A stretch of 47,554 nucleotides of DNA, filler included, from Jimgerdemannia flammicorona (GCA_003990765.1; 2 parts of 2 records of this genome joined end to end with filler, not necessarily neighbours in it); one strand, 5' to 3'. Shown: positions 1-13,079, numbered from the whole stretch's first letter. Program-made: numbers and translations. The notes: a model not told the origin generated them from the letters alone.

Positions 1-125
1 TTGAACTTCTGGCTGGTGCAGTTCATGGGGGTGGATGAAACAATATCATGTGTGTGTCAAACAATATCATGTGTGTGTCAAACAAAGTGTCAATAGGTGT
101 CAATAGGTGCGTCTTAATTTTTTAC

Positions 126-355
126 CTGCAATAATTACAAACAACATCATCTCCTATCTTAGTACAATGTTGCCAGATTTCGGAGCGAGGATTGCGTGGA
201 AGGTGTGGAACTATCAGGGATGTTTGACTTGAAGCATCATCGGTACTGTGAACTGTTGAAGACTGATCTGTCGACATGTGTGTTTGCATGTTTGCATGTG
301 CATGTGTATGCATGTGTGTGTGTTGTGTTGTGGATGCGTCCGGCATATGAGTCAT
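126..355 (-). CDS. First exon of a hAT-type transposase with the start of a BED zinc finger
   Basis: Translation ...PRSEIWQHCTKIGDDVVCNYCR matches the BED motif S-x-[IV]-W-x-H...C-x2-C. It is followed by donor AG|GTAAAA at 125. Confidence 0.7.
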
Positions 356-364
356 GTGGAGGAT

Positions 365-765
365 TTGGATTGGAGGATTCGGTTGAAGGATTCGGATGAG
401 GATTCGGATTGAAGGATTTGAATTGGAGGATTTGAATTAGAGGATTCGAATTGGAGGATTCGAATTGAGTGATTCGGATTGAGTGATTCGGATTGAGTGA
501 TTCGGATTGAGTGATTCGGATTGAGTGGTTCGGATTGGAGTGGTTCGGATGGGTGATTCGGATGGGTGATTCGGATGGGGCGATTCGGATGGGGCGATTC
601 GGATTGAGTGATTCGGATTGAGTGATTCGGATTGGGGTGGTTCGGATGGATGATTCGGATGGGGCGATTTGGATGGGGCGATTCAGATTAAATCTGAGTT
701 GATCTGGATGGCTTCGGATTTGAGATTCGAATCAAACCGTCATGTGACGAATCGAATCCGGATTT
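365..765. repeat. hAT subterminal tandem array of ~13-15 bp units (GATTCGGATTGAGT and variants)
   Basis: Many consecutive gattcggattgagt / gattcggatggggc / gattcgaattggag units directly inside the terminus. Confidence 0.9.
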
Positions 766-793
766 GATTCGAATTGACTCGTTCGGAGCACTA

Positions 794-3700
794 CCCACCA
801 CCAATATACTGCCATCAAAACCCAGACCCCTAGGACCTGACCTAGGCCATCCCAGATATCTCCTATCACCAGTGCTTGACCACCAGACTGATGGGATCTC
901 CTGTTCTTCTACCTGCAGGGCTCCAGTAATCTTCCAGATACTGCCAAAACCCTTCAACACCAGGGCAGGCTGCCAGAACATACTCCACTGACTGAACTAT
1001 CTTACCATCCACCTCACTACACCACTTGCAGTCCTGACAGCCATCTACCTCCATCCATTCTGATACCCCAATATCACATTTCTTCTCAAGAAGTGCCACC
1101 ATACAACCCAGTACTTGGGGGGTACCACCTTGAGCAAGAAGGCTCTCCAACTCCAGATTTGGCTCCACTCTCAGCCTTCACCCAATCCTGCCTTCTGCCA
1201 ACCTGCTGGCCATCTCTCCAGAGGGCCAGGCCTGATCCACTCCATCACCTCAATCAGTGAGTACTCCTTCAGACTATGACCACCAATATGGAGGTCTCCT
1301 AATCACCACCATCTCTGCTCAGAATCCTCACCAACCTCCATCTCTGGCCCTGCCAACCCTATGGCCAGCCAGGCCTCTACCATGCCCCACCAGAACCCCT
1401 TATATTACAGTTGACTGACATTCATAACCTGAAGCAAACCCCACATATCCTTCCAAATCTCACCATAGGGACAGAACTGAATCTCCCAATTGTCCATCAC
1501 CAGTCTGCCCCAGCCCCCTTCACCTAGTTCAGCAAATCAGTACCCCCACCAACTCCTAAGTACTTTCAGCCATCACCTGAAGTCCACCAACCCCAGGCTA
1601 CCATCAGTTGTCTGCATCACTAATGTGTCCCACCCAATCTGTGGCTGCTTTCAATACCATAACCAGTCTTCTACAATCTTCTTCAGCCACTACACTATCC
1701 ATCCCAGAAAATCCAAGTGATACTCTAAATATCACAATTTTGGTAGCCAATATACATTCAAGACTACAATCCTACCTTTCAAGGAGAAACTCCTTCCAGA
1801 CCAATCAGTCAAAGTGCCTTCCAACTTCTGAATAATACCACTCTACCACTCCTTCAGCAGGACTGTTCCATATACTGAGAACCAAATACCCAGATACTGA
1901 ACAGCACTTCCAGTGGCCACCAATTGTCCAAATTGTCCATGTTTTTTTTTTTTTTTTTTTTTTTTAATGGACTCATGTCCCACGGAATTTTATTGGAAGG
2001 GAACCTAGACTATATAGGCCAAAACCCTCCCCCACCACCCACCAAGCACTGCCCCCCCATTAACCTAGGCTAGCTATTGTCCAGCAGCTCAACCATGCCA
2101 GGCACAGCAGGGCCGATATAGGCCCACACCTCATTCTGCACACCATGCTCTCTCTACCACCAGGGGAAACCCAACCATATGCCAATGACCGAAAGCGTAT
2201 ACCTGAGAACCCAACATATGTACAAGGCCATGCCCAAGCCAAATAGAATAGCCCCTGCCACCCCAAAGAGAATAACAGGCAAAGAAAAACCCTCATCAAA
2301 GCACAACATGGTGGGTAGGGCCTGGTTCTCCCAGTTGAGGTGAGTAAAGGACTTATATGTAAGGTGGGAGGAAACCCCCAATACCCCACTACTCAAGCCT
2401 GCAGGCCTCAATCATGTTTCCATGTTAGCTCCCGGTTCCAGTTGAGTGCAGCCAAGATGCCTGAAATGGGTAGCCTCAGGCCTCCTGACCCCTCCTGATG
2501 ACTGGGGCCCAACCCTGCTGACTGCCAAAAGAAGCCAATAGTGACACCTAACACCTAACTGCACCACACCAATCAAAAGGCCCCACCAAAGCAGCACCTG
2601 CTCCAGCCCCGATGACTACCCCCAGTCTGGCACCCCACTGGTTTACCGTAATCGCCCTTCCTCCTATCTGTGATGGCCATCTCCCCTCCCATTCTGACAA
2701 CATCCGAAAAACAGTCACCTATGCCAGAACCATGCTCGCTGGGAAGCTCGCCAAAGCCAGAGGACCCCACTACAGGCACTGAAGACCTACAGGTAACCTA
2801 CACTGAGCACTTGATGCCCAAGGTTAGCTGACTCCCTACATAGCCCGAGACACACTGAGACAACTCCTTGTTGGTGACGGCAAAAGGAAGAAGGTGCTGC
2901 ACCAAAATGGGTACACCCCAGATGCAGCCAAAGGTACCAGAATCTGTGAAAAAGTGGAGGAAGCACTGATCTGATACTGATAAAGGGGCAACTCATCACC
3001 ATTGCCCTCCTCCCACCATGCCCTTGCAGGCACAGCAAACCAACCCGAGGTAGAGGGGGTAATAATAGGGGAAAGGAGACTTGGAAGGTTGCCTACCAAA
3101 CCTTGTGATCAGTAAGGTAGCGGAGAAAGGGGCATCTGACAAATTGTCTATGTTCCCCCAGACCAGCACCAAGTTCTGTTGTCTCACACTTGCCCCAATT
3201 TAGCTTTGCCTCTGCCAGTCTCTCATACTGTCCAACCCCTTCCTGCATCCTCTATACTACCCAACCCAACCATCATGTCATCTGCAAAGGCACCTAGCTT
3301 CCAGACTACATCACTCATTTGCAGTCCAGAAAGCCACTCCTTTAGCCATACCAGTAATAGCTCTAGAGAGAGTATATAAAGGAGGGGGGAGAGAGGGTCT
3401 CCCTGTGGCACACTGCACTCCAAAGCAAACTCTAGGCCACTCTATCCATTTATCATAACTACTGCTCTATATCTCTGTACTAAGCCCATCAATCACTCAC
3501 TTCTGCTACTCCAAATCCAACTCTCCTCAGAACAGTCTCTAAGTAAGTCTACTGCACTCTGTCATAGGCCTTCTCTTGATCCAGAAAGACCATCCTACCA
3601 TCCACCTGTCAGCTCCTACATTCTTCCAAGACATTCTGCACCCAAGCCATACTATCTCTAATCTGCCTTCTCTTAACAAAGCCTCACTGCTCTTTCCCCA

Positions 3701-5272
3701 CTAGCATACCAATATACTGCTGCATCCTCCCTGCCAGAATCTTTGAGACCAGCTTTCTATCCATATTCAGCAGTATAATGGGGTGCCAATTCTGCCACAC
3801 CTGCTGATCACCTTTTTCCTTATATAGGATAGAAACTAATTCCAAAGAGTCATTACCAATCCAGCTGCCCTCCTTCAGAACAAAGTTGGCCATCTCTACC
3901 AACCAGCCACCAAACTCTGCCTGGAACTCCTTCTAGAATTTCTAGGGCAGCCCATTCTCCCCAGATGATGAACTAGTCTGTGTCTTCTGCAATACCTCCA
4001 AAACTTCATCCAAAGATACTTCACCCATCACTGCTCCCCCTATCTCAGGTACCCCCATCACTGGCCAATTGTTCACCATATTGTCATCATTCTCCCAGAG
4101 CACTACATCCTCCGCATGCTCCCCTCTATTCTGCCAGAGAGCCTGCCATTGTCCTGAGACCTCTCCCAACATATTGGCAATCTCTGAGACCTCTACCCCA
4201 TCTTTGCGCAATACTGAGGCCCAGCTATGTTGCACTCTGCCACCTCCCCTGCCAACCAATGGTGCATCTCTCCAGACAAGTTCCCCCCTTCCATTAGTTT
4301 CAATTGCCATCTCAGTCCCTTCTCTACCCTCCTTTTCTTGTCCTTCTGCTCCTTTCCAGCCACTTCACCAATATCCCATCGGTAAGCATTAGTCAAATAT
4401 TTGAATTTATCCCACCATTCCACTATTAACTGCCCATCATTCTGCCAACATGCTACTTCCTGTCACATAATGTCCACAAACTATTCTCTCTCCTTCTTTC
4501 TTCTGAGTAGAGCCATGTTAAGGTACCAGTGCTCTCTACCACAGCCTGCTACTTGGAATCTGCCACACACCTCCACTCTCTAATGATCTGACCAAGGGCA
4601 CCAATGCACCTCTACAATATCCAGTATATTACCCCAACACTCAGCTACCAGCACCCAATCAATCTGTGTCCCAACCAATCTATCACCAACCAGGTGCCAC
4701 TGGGTGAAAGATCCTGACTCATCCCCCTGATGCTGATGGACACCATCCACCAGTCCTATATCACACTCTACCTGAAGCCACTAAGTTAGTCCAGAGAATA
4801 CCACTATGCCTGTCCCACCATCTGACCTATTCAGTGTCTGATTATACACCATATTAAAGTCTCCCCCCAGAATGTTCAGTGCCACCATCTCCCAACCTTC
4901 CCAAGCCCACCAGTCCTCAACCCATTGCTTTTGCTCTCTGCCAACTATAGGGAGATAAACCAAGCCAACTGCTAAACTATCTCCTGCCCCTCCTTTCAGC
5001 CTTCCCTACACCAATCTATCACCATAGACCTTGACCTCTACCAGCTCACCTTTACCTATACCAACCAAGATACCCACCTGCTTGTTCCAACCCATTCCAC
5101 CACACCATTCTTTACTCCACACCTCAAAGTCTTACTCCCCATAAGCCCAAACATTCTGAAGAAAAACAATATTATATCTTCTGACTTTAAGCCATCGAAA
5201 CAGCCTCTGCCTCTTAACACCATTACACAATTCATTGATATTGATCAATAAGATGTGTAAACTGTTCATCAT
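794..5272 (-). pseudogene. LINE ORF2 (AP endonuclease + reverse transcriptase), many stops and frameshifts; span includes the nested insert at 1942-3139
   Basis: ATG near 5272 (MMNSLHILLINI...), GGDFN ~4860, LLNMDRK ~3770, QGDPLSP ~3400, FADD ~3280. Confidence 0.88.
1942..3139 (-). mobile_element. 5'-truncated LINE (~1.2 kb, ORF2 C-terminus + 3' UTR + poly(A)) nested in the RT of the older LINE
   Basis: T-run at 1942-1965 is the poly(A) tail. TSD CAAATTGTCCATG (1929-1941) / CAAATTGTCTATG (3140-3152). The host RT sequence rejoins across the insert. Confidence 0.85.
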
Positions 5273-5344
5273 TATCAAAGAAAATGTTTAAAGCTCATCT
5301 GGGACTGCCACCACTTTCTTGGCCCTTCCTCTAATGATCTCTTA

Positions 5345-7150
5345 CTAGTTCTTGCAAATCACCCTCCAGATTTGATCACTATTCACACTGCTGCAAAAAA
5401 GATCCACTCTTTCTGCTACTACCTTCCTGATGTCTGCCATCCTGCTCTCATCAACATCATATCCTTCATCATCCAGAAGAGCTGCTACCATTGCCATCAC
5501 CAGCTTAAGCCCCTGTATTGCAATATTGAGAAATCCTTTCCATGTCTCCTGAGATTCATGAAATATGTCCACTTCCTTGATGTCTTCCTCAGCAAGTTCC
5601 TCAAGCACTGCCTGATACCAGCTCTCTGCCATCATCACCAGAGGCCCAGGAGTCAATGGCCTGGGGGTCCTGCTCTGCTCTTGCAGTTGCTCCCTATCTG
5701 TCAACACATCTGAAGCCATATCTACCAGCTCATCCTCCTCTGCAACCTTCTCCAAATGTACTACCTCACCAGCCTCAGGACACTCCCAATGGACATTTGC
5801 TGCCCCAGCCATATGGGTGTCCTCCACCTGAGTCTCTGGCACTACTTCAAAATCCACCTCAAAGTCTCCTTCACCCACCTCCTCCTTATCTGCCCACTTT
5901 CCTCTCACCAGTGCATATATTGAGCTCTCTACACCACCCAGCTGGGAGAAGGATACCTATGCTGCTTCCACTCCTTCTATCTAATTATTAGCTGCCTCTA
6001 CTCTCACCTTCTCTTCTACGGCTGCCCCCTGAAGAGCCACCTGCAGATGCTCCCAATTCTCTTTCCTCTATCTCTTCCACTTGCCATCTGCCTGAATTCA
6101 GACCCAATCCTTAGCAAACTCTTCTCACTTCCTCTTTTGCAACTCCTTTGCAGCCTCTCTCTTCTCCAGAGCAATTGCCAACTCTTCCTCCTTCTGTTCT
6201 GCTCCCTTCCTCCTCTACACCTTACACTCTTGCCCTCCAATTCAAATTCCCTCAGGCCAATCTTGTCTCAGCCCAGTTGCCTCCTTGCCTTCCAGTCACA
6301 GCATCACCTCGCAGTTGCTATTTCTCAATTTGGTGTCCTCCCAGAACATGAACCCGAAATCCACCATCTCACCATAGCCACCCAGTGTCTCCACCACCAT
6401 CTCCTTGGTCTCCTGTCTGCCCAGAGTTGGCAAACCCTCCACCACCAGCTGAACTGCATACAGGTCCCACCTCAAACACCTCACCATCTCAATTCAGATA
6501 CCCTTGACAGTCAACCCCTTCTTTAGTGCCTTTACTATTGCATCCTCCTCCACAAATCCAATCTCTACAGCCTCTACTAAAGGGATGAACTTCAAGGATT
6601 CTGCCCCAGCCACTTCCTCCCCCACTAGCCTCAGAACCTCCCTAGCTGATATTGCCAATCCCAGGAAGTTTGCTGAGACCACCCATGTCGATACTGATTT
6701 GTGAAAGAAGGGCCTCACCACCAACTTGCCTGTCTCAGTTGCCAGAGTCACCTTTCCTTTGATCCCAGAAACACCAGCAGTTATCTCACCAGTCATAGCT
6801 GCACTACCAGCAGTCCTCTTCCCAGCCACCAGCCTAGCTGCAGAAGTACCAGTTCTCAGCATCATACCACCAGACCCCTGTCCCCTGCCAGCCACCTGAC
6901 CTGTCACCTGACCCATCACCTGACCCCTCCCCCTATCAACACTATACCCCCCCTGCTCCACCCCCAAGGGCCTGGCTACAGCCCTCCTGCTTTCCACCAC
7001 AGTATGCTAGGCCTCAATTCCACCAGATCTCCCCTGACCACCAGCCCCTCCAGCAGCCATACCAGCCCCTGCAACAGCTGCAAAGCTCTTGGAAATACCC
7101 AGACCAGGTCTCCTCCTCTCCAGATGCTCAGAGCTAGAGGAACCTTGACT
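5345..7150 (-). pseudogene. LINE ORF1 (RRM-like, coiled-coil/acidic C-terminus), disrupted
   Basis: ORF-track pieces 6494-7000, 6296-6487 and 5345-5908 lie directly upstream of ORF2 and are homologous to the copy at 7311-7934. Confidence 0.75.
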
Positions 7151-7259
7151 AGTTATATTACCAAAACTTGATGGTTTTCACCAAAACTTATTGTGCCTTA
7201 TAGATAGACTCCTGCCACACAATGTACATCAGTATGTTCGAAATAAAAACTTGAAAACA

Positions 7260-7962
7260 TGTTGTCTTTCACTGAAAGATGTCTATGTGGCTTAGCTTGC
7301 TCTGAGTGGTTTGAGCAAAAGAAGTCCTAGGGGGAATACTGGTGGACATACAGTGGCTGGAGAGGTGATAGCTGAAGTTTCTGAGAATAAGAGGAAGGCT
7401 ACAATAGTGGTAGGCTCTGGTGAACTGATGGTGTGCCCCTTCTTTCACAAGTCAGTGTCGATGTGGGCTATCTTGGTGAATTTTTTGGGACTGGAGATGT
7501 CTGCCAGAGAGGTCTTGTGGCTAGTGGGAGAGGAGGTTGCTGGTGCAGAGTCTCTGAAGTTTATCCCATTGGCTGAGGCAGTTGAGATAGGATTTATAGA
7601 GGAGGAGAAGATGGTAAAAGTCTTGGAGAAAGGGTTGGTCATCAAGAATATCAAGGTTGGCATGGCAAGGTGCCTGAGGTGGAATCTGCATGCTGTATGC
7701 CTGGTGATTGAGGGGCTGCTAATATTAGGGAGACAGGAGACTAAGGAGATTGTAGCAGAGGCACTGGGGGCTTTTGGTGAGATGGTCAACTTTGGGTTTA
7801 TGTTCTGGGAGAGGACCAAGCTGAGGAATGACAACTGTGAGGTGATGGTGAGGCTGGAAGGCAAGGAGGCCATGGGGCTAGAGAGGGACTGGCCAGAAGT
7901 GATTTGTGTCAGAGGGCAGGAGTGCAAGGTGTAGAGAAGAAAAGGTTCTAAACAGGAGGACC
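7260..7962 (+). mobile_element. LINE ORF1 fragment (same subfamily as the 794-7200 LINE), opposite orientation
   Basis: PFFHKSVSMWAILVNFLGLEMSAREVLWLVGEEVAGAESLKFIP... is nearly identical to the ORF1 at 6296-6740. Confidence 0.85.
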
Positions 7963-7963
7963 A

Positions 7964-9050
7964 GGTCCTCCTCCTCCTCTACACTCTTCTTTACTCTCAT
8001 CACCTTGCAGATAAATATACCCCACATCAATACTGAGGGCCAGTCCTACAGTTTCTCTATAGCCTCCTTCCCAGTGAGCTGGAGCCTAATATCTACATCT
8101 CCTGTTTTGAATGAAGTCTCCTCCCAGACCTGGAAACCAATATCAACCACCTCACCATACTTAGCTATAACCTCCTCTACTCTCCTCCTTGTCTTGACCA
8201 TTGTCACTATAGATACTCTCTTTACCAGTAGCTAGACCACTCTGGGGTCTCATCTCAGATAGTAAGCCATTAGAACTACTATTTCACCTATAGTCAAACT
8301 CACTTTCATTGCCTCCTCCAAGAGAGCAGTCTCCTCAAAACCCATCTCAACTCCCTCAAGCCCCTTTAGAAACTTCACTGAGGCAGCTTCAGCCATCTGC
8401 TTTGAGATTAGCCCTAGTACCATCTTTCTCATCACTGCTAAGCTCTGGAAGCATAATGTGACTATAAACTCCAAGATCAATTTCTTGAGTAATGGGGCTA
8501 CTGCTAGACCCATTATACTATTAGCTAAGTCCCCCTGTCTCTGTTGGTCCTCCTGCATAGCTCCACTATCAGCTGTTACATCTTTTTTTTTTTTTCCAGA
8601 TTTCCTATCACACCTCTATCAGCAGTTACACCACTGCCCCCAGCCACAGTCTCTCCTGTCCCTATGTTCACTTCCCTAGACATAGGACCCTCTATCCTCT
8701 CTAGGTTAGCCTTGTCTTTCTTCTCAGCTATGACAGTCCAAGCATTCACCAGCCATTCTCTCTCCTTCACCCTGTCAGAAAAACTAGGAGACCCAGATCT
8801 GCCCTCATTTCTACCAGATACAAGCCCTTCTCCACACCCTTCTCTATCATTCATACCTCTAAAAGCACCCATTCCCAGGCCATAACTCCTCCCCTCATAC
8901 TACCAGCTGAATGCCTCAGGTCTATCTGACCCAGTATGCCTGTCTGTCAGGACTCTTGCTCAATGACATATTACTAGTACCTTTTCTCTGAGTTGTGTCG
9001 AAAAGTATTGCTTAAAGTTTGTATAATGTAAATTATATCAGAGAAAAGTA
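7964..9050 (-). mobile_element. LINE 5' end/ORF1 fragment (subfamily of the 32.4-38.5 kb LINE)
   Basis: LLKKLILEFIVTLCFQSLAVMRKMVLGLISKQMAEAASVKFL matches LLKKSILEFVVTLCF*GLVVIMKIVLGLIAKQMSDIVSVKFL at ~32900-33030. Confidence 0.8.
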
Positions 9051-9084
9051 TGTATCATTATTTATTACCAAACCAATCTATATA

Positions 9085-9240
9085 TAGTACTCTGAATGGA
9101 TTCAATTTATCTGGATGAGATTTGATTTAGATTTGTTATGTGATAGATTTGAATCAACTCAGATTAGTCTCATGATCTAATTTGGATTAATCTAGATTGT
9201 GATTCAGATTGATCTGGATCATTTAAAATATTTGATGACG
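9085..9240. mobile_element. Decayed hAT terminus (probably the opposite, 3' end of the family)
   Basis: TAGTACTCTGAATG is TAGTGCTCCGAACG with three C->T/G->A changes. It is followed by degenerate gattc/gaatc subterminal motifs. Confidence 0.6.
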
Positions 9241-9520
9241 TCACTCTTTCTTTGTTCTTTTTCTTTTTTCTGATGCTTCTTTTTGTTTTTCCTGCTATAT
9301 TATAAATAAATAAATAGTAGCTCTTAATTATATATTGGTCTACTTATTTTTTTACCTATTTAATAATTGTTAAAAGAGAAAATATTCAAGATAGAAAAGC
9401 ACTCTCTGCTGACAATGTTAAGTTCTTTCTCATATGGGTAGTATAAAAGCTACTCATCAAGAGCCAAAGTGGTGGTGGTGGTGATAATGGTAATAGTGAT
9501 AGTAATAGTGATGATGATAG

Positions 9521-11028
9521 TGTAACAAACCAAACATACTACCCAAATTATAACTTAGTCAGATGATATGAACAATTAGCATACTTAACCAAATGATGTG
9601 GGCTCCCAGTATAATATCCAGTATATTATAGTTACTCATGCTGTCACACTCATAATTAGCCAGATATGCCAGATAGGGTCTGTTTACCTGTATAGACTCT
9701 GTATACTATACAGACTCTATATACTCTATAGGTCCTATACACTATATAGACTCTGTATACCTGCTATAAGTAGCAGATCTATAGTTAGCCACATAGTAAC
9801 CAGATAGCAACCAACTTGTATAAATTACCCCAGAGATAAGAGTGAATAAACCTCAGTCCAAAATATAAACCAAAGAAGTCTCTAAAGATTGAGCATTGGT
9901 CCCCTTTTCACTCCAGTCTACTTTCCAATACAAAGCTTGAAGATTTTGCCACCAAGTTCAAGTGAAGAACTTCACCACCTTTTGAAGAGAAACCTGTCAC
10001 TTAAGAAATAAGCTGCACTATTGGTTTGCTTGTCAGATAAGCCTGAAGTTTGCCACTAAGTTCAAGAAAGAACTTTGCCACTATTTCTAAGTTATTCAAT
10101 GTATTCCCAGAAAGCTGCCTTGTTTAAGCCAGTTTCTGATGCAACTTCACAGTGAGCCATTTGTGCAAACAAAGCCAGTCTTTGATGCAACTTTGCCAAG
10201 AGACCCTTTCTAAGAAGCTGCCAGCAGTATTCTCAGTTATTCGAATTATTCACACCATCTGAGTTATTTCTCAGAAGCCCGCTAATTTAGGAGAATCTAC
10301 ATCATCTACCACTTCTAAGTTATCTGCATTCCCAGAATCTGTGCCATCATATTCCCAGAAGAGCCCACCAATTCAGGAAGAATCTGCACCATCTGAGTAG
10401 TATTCCTAGTTGAAACCGCCAATCTAGGAAGAATTCATGACATCTGAGTTATTCATTATTCTCAGTAAGCCTGAGAAGAACCTGCCACCAGTATAATTCC
10501 CAGTAAACCATCCCAGGAAGAACCCACACCATCCTCTATTCCCAGTGAGCCAAATCGAGTTATCTGCTAGAAATCACATACTTTTGGAAATCATCATGCT
10601 ATATGGAAATCATCACACAGAGATTGCCATCACCCAAGAAGGAAAACCACTAAATTGACAGACCATCACATATAAGGAACCCACACTACACAAAGATTGT
10701 TACACTATACAAGATCACTATACTCAGAAATCACATACTTTTGAAGATCATTACCCAAGAAGGAAACCACTCACACTACATATGAAATTCTACCAATTCC
10801 CAGTTGATCCAAGAAGGAAAGATACAAATTACCACTACACCCAGAGAACTATTCCAATAAGGAAATTGCTCACAGATATCTAGCTTTGACTATTATACCA
10901 CTAAATATCAAGGACCTCAGAAATCTTAGAACATTTTGTTGCTTTTTGACAAAGTAACTGAGGGCTCAAGCCAAACTACATCAACCCCCAACCTTGTGAT
11001 TTGCCTCCATTGAGCCAGGCATGTTACA
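9521..11028 (+). repeat. 5' LTR (~1.5 kb)
   Basis: TGTAACA...TGTTACA. TATAAA ~9818 and AATAAA ~9845. From ~9655 onward it is homologous to 18690-19901. Confidence 0.85.
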
Positions 11029-11030
11029 TT

Positions 11031-11048
11031 TGAGGGCTCAACTGGGAA
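11031..11048 (+). promoter_or_regulatory. Primer-binding site, tRNA-Pro-like (decayed)
   Basis: TGAGGGCTCAACTGGGAA, 2 nt after the LTR, versus the known tRNA-Pro PBS TGGGGGCTCGTCCGGGAT. Three of the five differences are G->A/C->T. Confidence 0.6.
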
Positions 11049-11063
11049 GATTTCAAAATCAAC

Positions 11064-12650
11064 ATGACTTTTCAGCTCACAGAACCCACAGTCAAACTGG
11101 ATACATTTGATACAACACCAATCTCTGCCACCACAGGAGAACTAGTTATTACTAGCATCTGGACAGAAAGAGAAGTAATCACCTCAAGACTCACCAACTA
11201 CCCAGCATCAGAAGGATTCCAACCAGAAGGCAGTATAGCCCAAAACTCTTGACCAGATCAACCAGACAATACAGGTGGCCCTGTTGGAGATTTTGAAGAA
11301 CTTGTACAAGAACTAGAAGATCTTATTACACAAGCCCGAGATCTTACAGCCAGATACCCCATACCAGTTCCATCAATCTCATCAATAGAACCTTTACCAC
11401 AAGCCCTTGCAGAGTTAGAAGTAGCTCCTACAAGAATACCTAGGCTCATTCCACTTCATCCAAGGTCCAGAACACCATCCTCAGGATACCCAGGCACCCC
11501 CATCTCTAGTGACAGCTCAGAAAGCGATTCAGAATCAGAATTCAGACCAGAACCAGAATCAGAAGAAAGTGATGATGAAATGGCCACCTCATAGCCAACC
11601 TTTGCAGAATACTCAGAGGAAGACCCCAGGGAATTCCTTGATGGAATTGAAGAAATTGCAGCCCTGAGGAATCTCTCAGATGAAAGAAAAATTGCCATCT
11701 ACAAGGCTCAGCTCAGAGAACCAGCTAGAGGAATTTTCCACCAAACAGCAAATGACCCAAATTCAGAACTGGCGAGACAGATACAAGCAGCAATGTCTTA
11801 TGAGCTAAAATATGTGGCCATGGTCCACTGGCTCATTGGAAAGTATGCAGGAAATGAAACCTGCCACAAGGCTCAAGAATCCATCATGGGGATGAAGATG
11901 AATCTTGGAGAATTACCCAGAGTCTTCTTCATAAGAATCCAGAAGAGAATGTATGCAGCTGGGTTCAATGCCACCAACCAGGACATCATAGGTCCAATGA
12001 CCTTCATGAACAGAATTCCCCCAAACATTGCTCAGCATGTCTGCACTCTAGTCATCAGAAGGTCTGAAGAGCAAGTAGATATAGCTCAAGGATTCTTCAA
12101 TATCAGACAAGAAACTACCTGGAGTGATTATGACAAGAAAGAAGATAAAGAAGACATCTTGGTCAAAGCCCTACAAGGACTCCTTCAAGAACAAGAAAGA
12201 TCTGAAGAAAGAAGGCCAGTCAAAGAAGGAAAGAAGAACAGAAGCAAAATCCAAGACCTCAGCTCTAAGTTGGACCGATTGGTTGGACAGATTGAAAAAC
12301 TCACCACATGTGAAAATCAGAGCTACCAAGACAACAGAGGATACCCACCACAGAGGAGCCAAGGTTATCCACCAAGAGATAACAGGAATTACCAGTAAGA
12401 AGAAAGAAGATACTCTGTCTGAGATAGAGCCCAAGTCCAATGCTTCTACTGTGGACAATTCAGATACTATGCCACTGAATGTGACAACAAAAGAAGTGAC
12501 TGAAGGGACTCAGAACTACCAAACCAAAGGAATGACACTCAGTATAAGAAGACTGAAGCCCATCCTGTTGAAGATTTCGAGGAAGTAAGTAACAGTGAAG
12601 ACTACAGTGACCTAGACTTATACCCTACCAAGATTACCACCTGAAAAACA
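11064..12650 (+). pseudogene. gag: Gypsy gag with CCHC zinc knuckle (disrupted)
   Basis: Capsid-like PTFAEYSEEDPREFLDGIEE. VQCFYCGQFRYYATEC at ~12435-12482 is CX2CX4HX4C with H->Y. Confidence 0.8.
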
Positions 12651-13079
12651 GTCTACCCAGCAGAGAAAAGGAAGAGACCTGTAGGAAGACCATCCAGGAA
12701 TATCAGCAGAAGAATCATCCAAGAGGTAGACAAAGAACATGAAGAGGAACAAGTAGAAATACCTCCCCAGACTCCTTCACCTTTTGTCTCTGAGACAAAT
12801 GAGCTGTCACCAGAAGATGAAGAAATGGAACAAGAAGAATGGAAACCTGCTGCCCCAAAGCCCAAGAAGAAGTACACCCCAAAGACCATGCCCAGAGACA
12901 TCTACAATGAAGCCTGGCAGAAGATTCAAGAAGTCAAGATGGAAGTCCCTCTCCTGCAGTTCCTGCAACTGACACCAGCTGGAGTCTGAAATAAATTGCT
13001 GAGAACAACCAGGTCTAGCACTGGCCAAGTTCTAATCCCACAGCAAGAACTAGTTCCCATCTCTGTCCAAGCAGCTGAA

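Larger units (their letters stand above)
1..793 (-). mobile_element. 5' end of a relatively young hAT-superfamily DNA transposon (continues beyond the left window edge), inserted into a LINE
   Basis: Minus strand begins TAGTGCTCCGAACG at 793 (hAT-like TAG terminus), then a subterminal repeat array and a BED zinc-finger exon. CpGs are intact. The same terminus and BED exon recur in decayed form from 19903. Confidence 0.8.
794..7200 (-). mobile_element. Decayed L1/Tx1-like non-LTR retrotransposon (ORF1 + APE-RT ORF2); 3' part cut by the hAT, RT interrupted by a nested LINE; 5' boundary approximate
   Basis: APE motifs (ININEL...FLQ, ILGGDFNMV, SDH) and RT motifs (WHPIILLNMDRKLVSKILA, FLDQEKAYDRV, VPQGDPLSPLLY, AFADD). 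ORF1 lies upstream with RRM-like segments. CpG is almost absent. Confidence 0.9.

Noticed and set aside
365..765. Short-repeat array as CRISPR or telomere
   Set aside because: There are no unique spacers. It lies just inside a hAT terminus and recurs in the second hAT copy, so it is a subterminal repeat.
764..8885. Numerous Pro/Ser/Leu-rich + strand ORFs
   Set aside because: Antisense shadows of G-rich LINE coding strands (except 7311-7934, a real ORF1 fragment).
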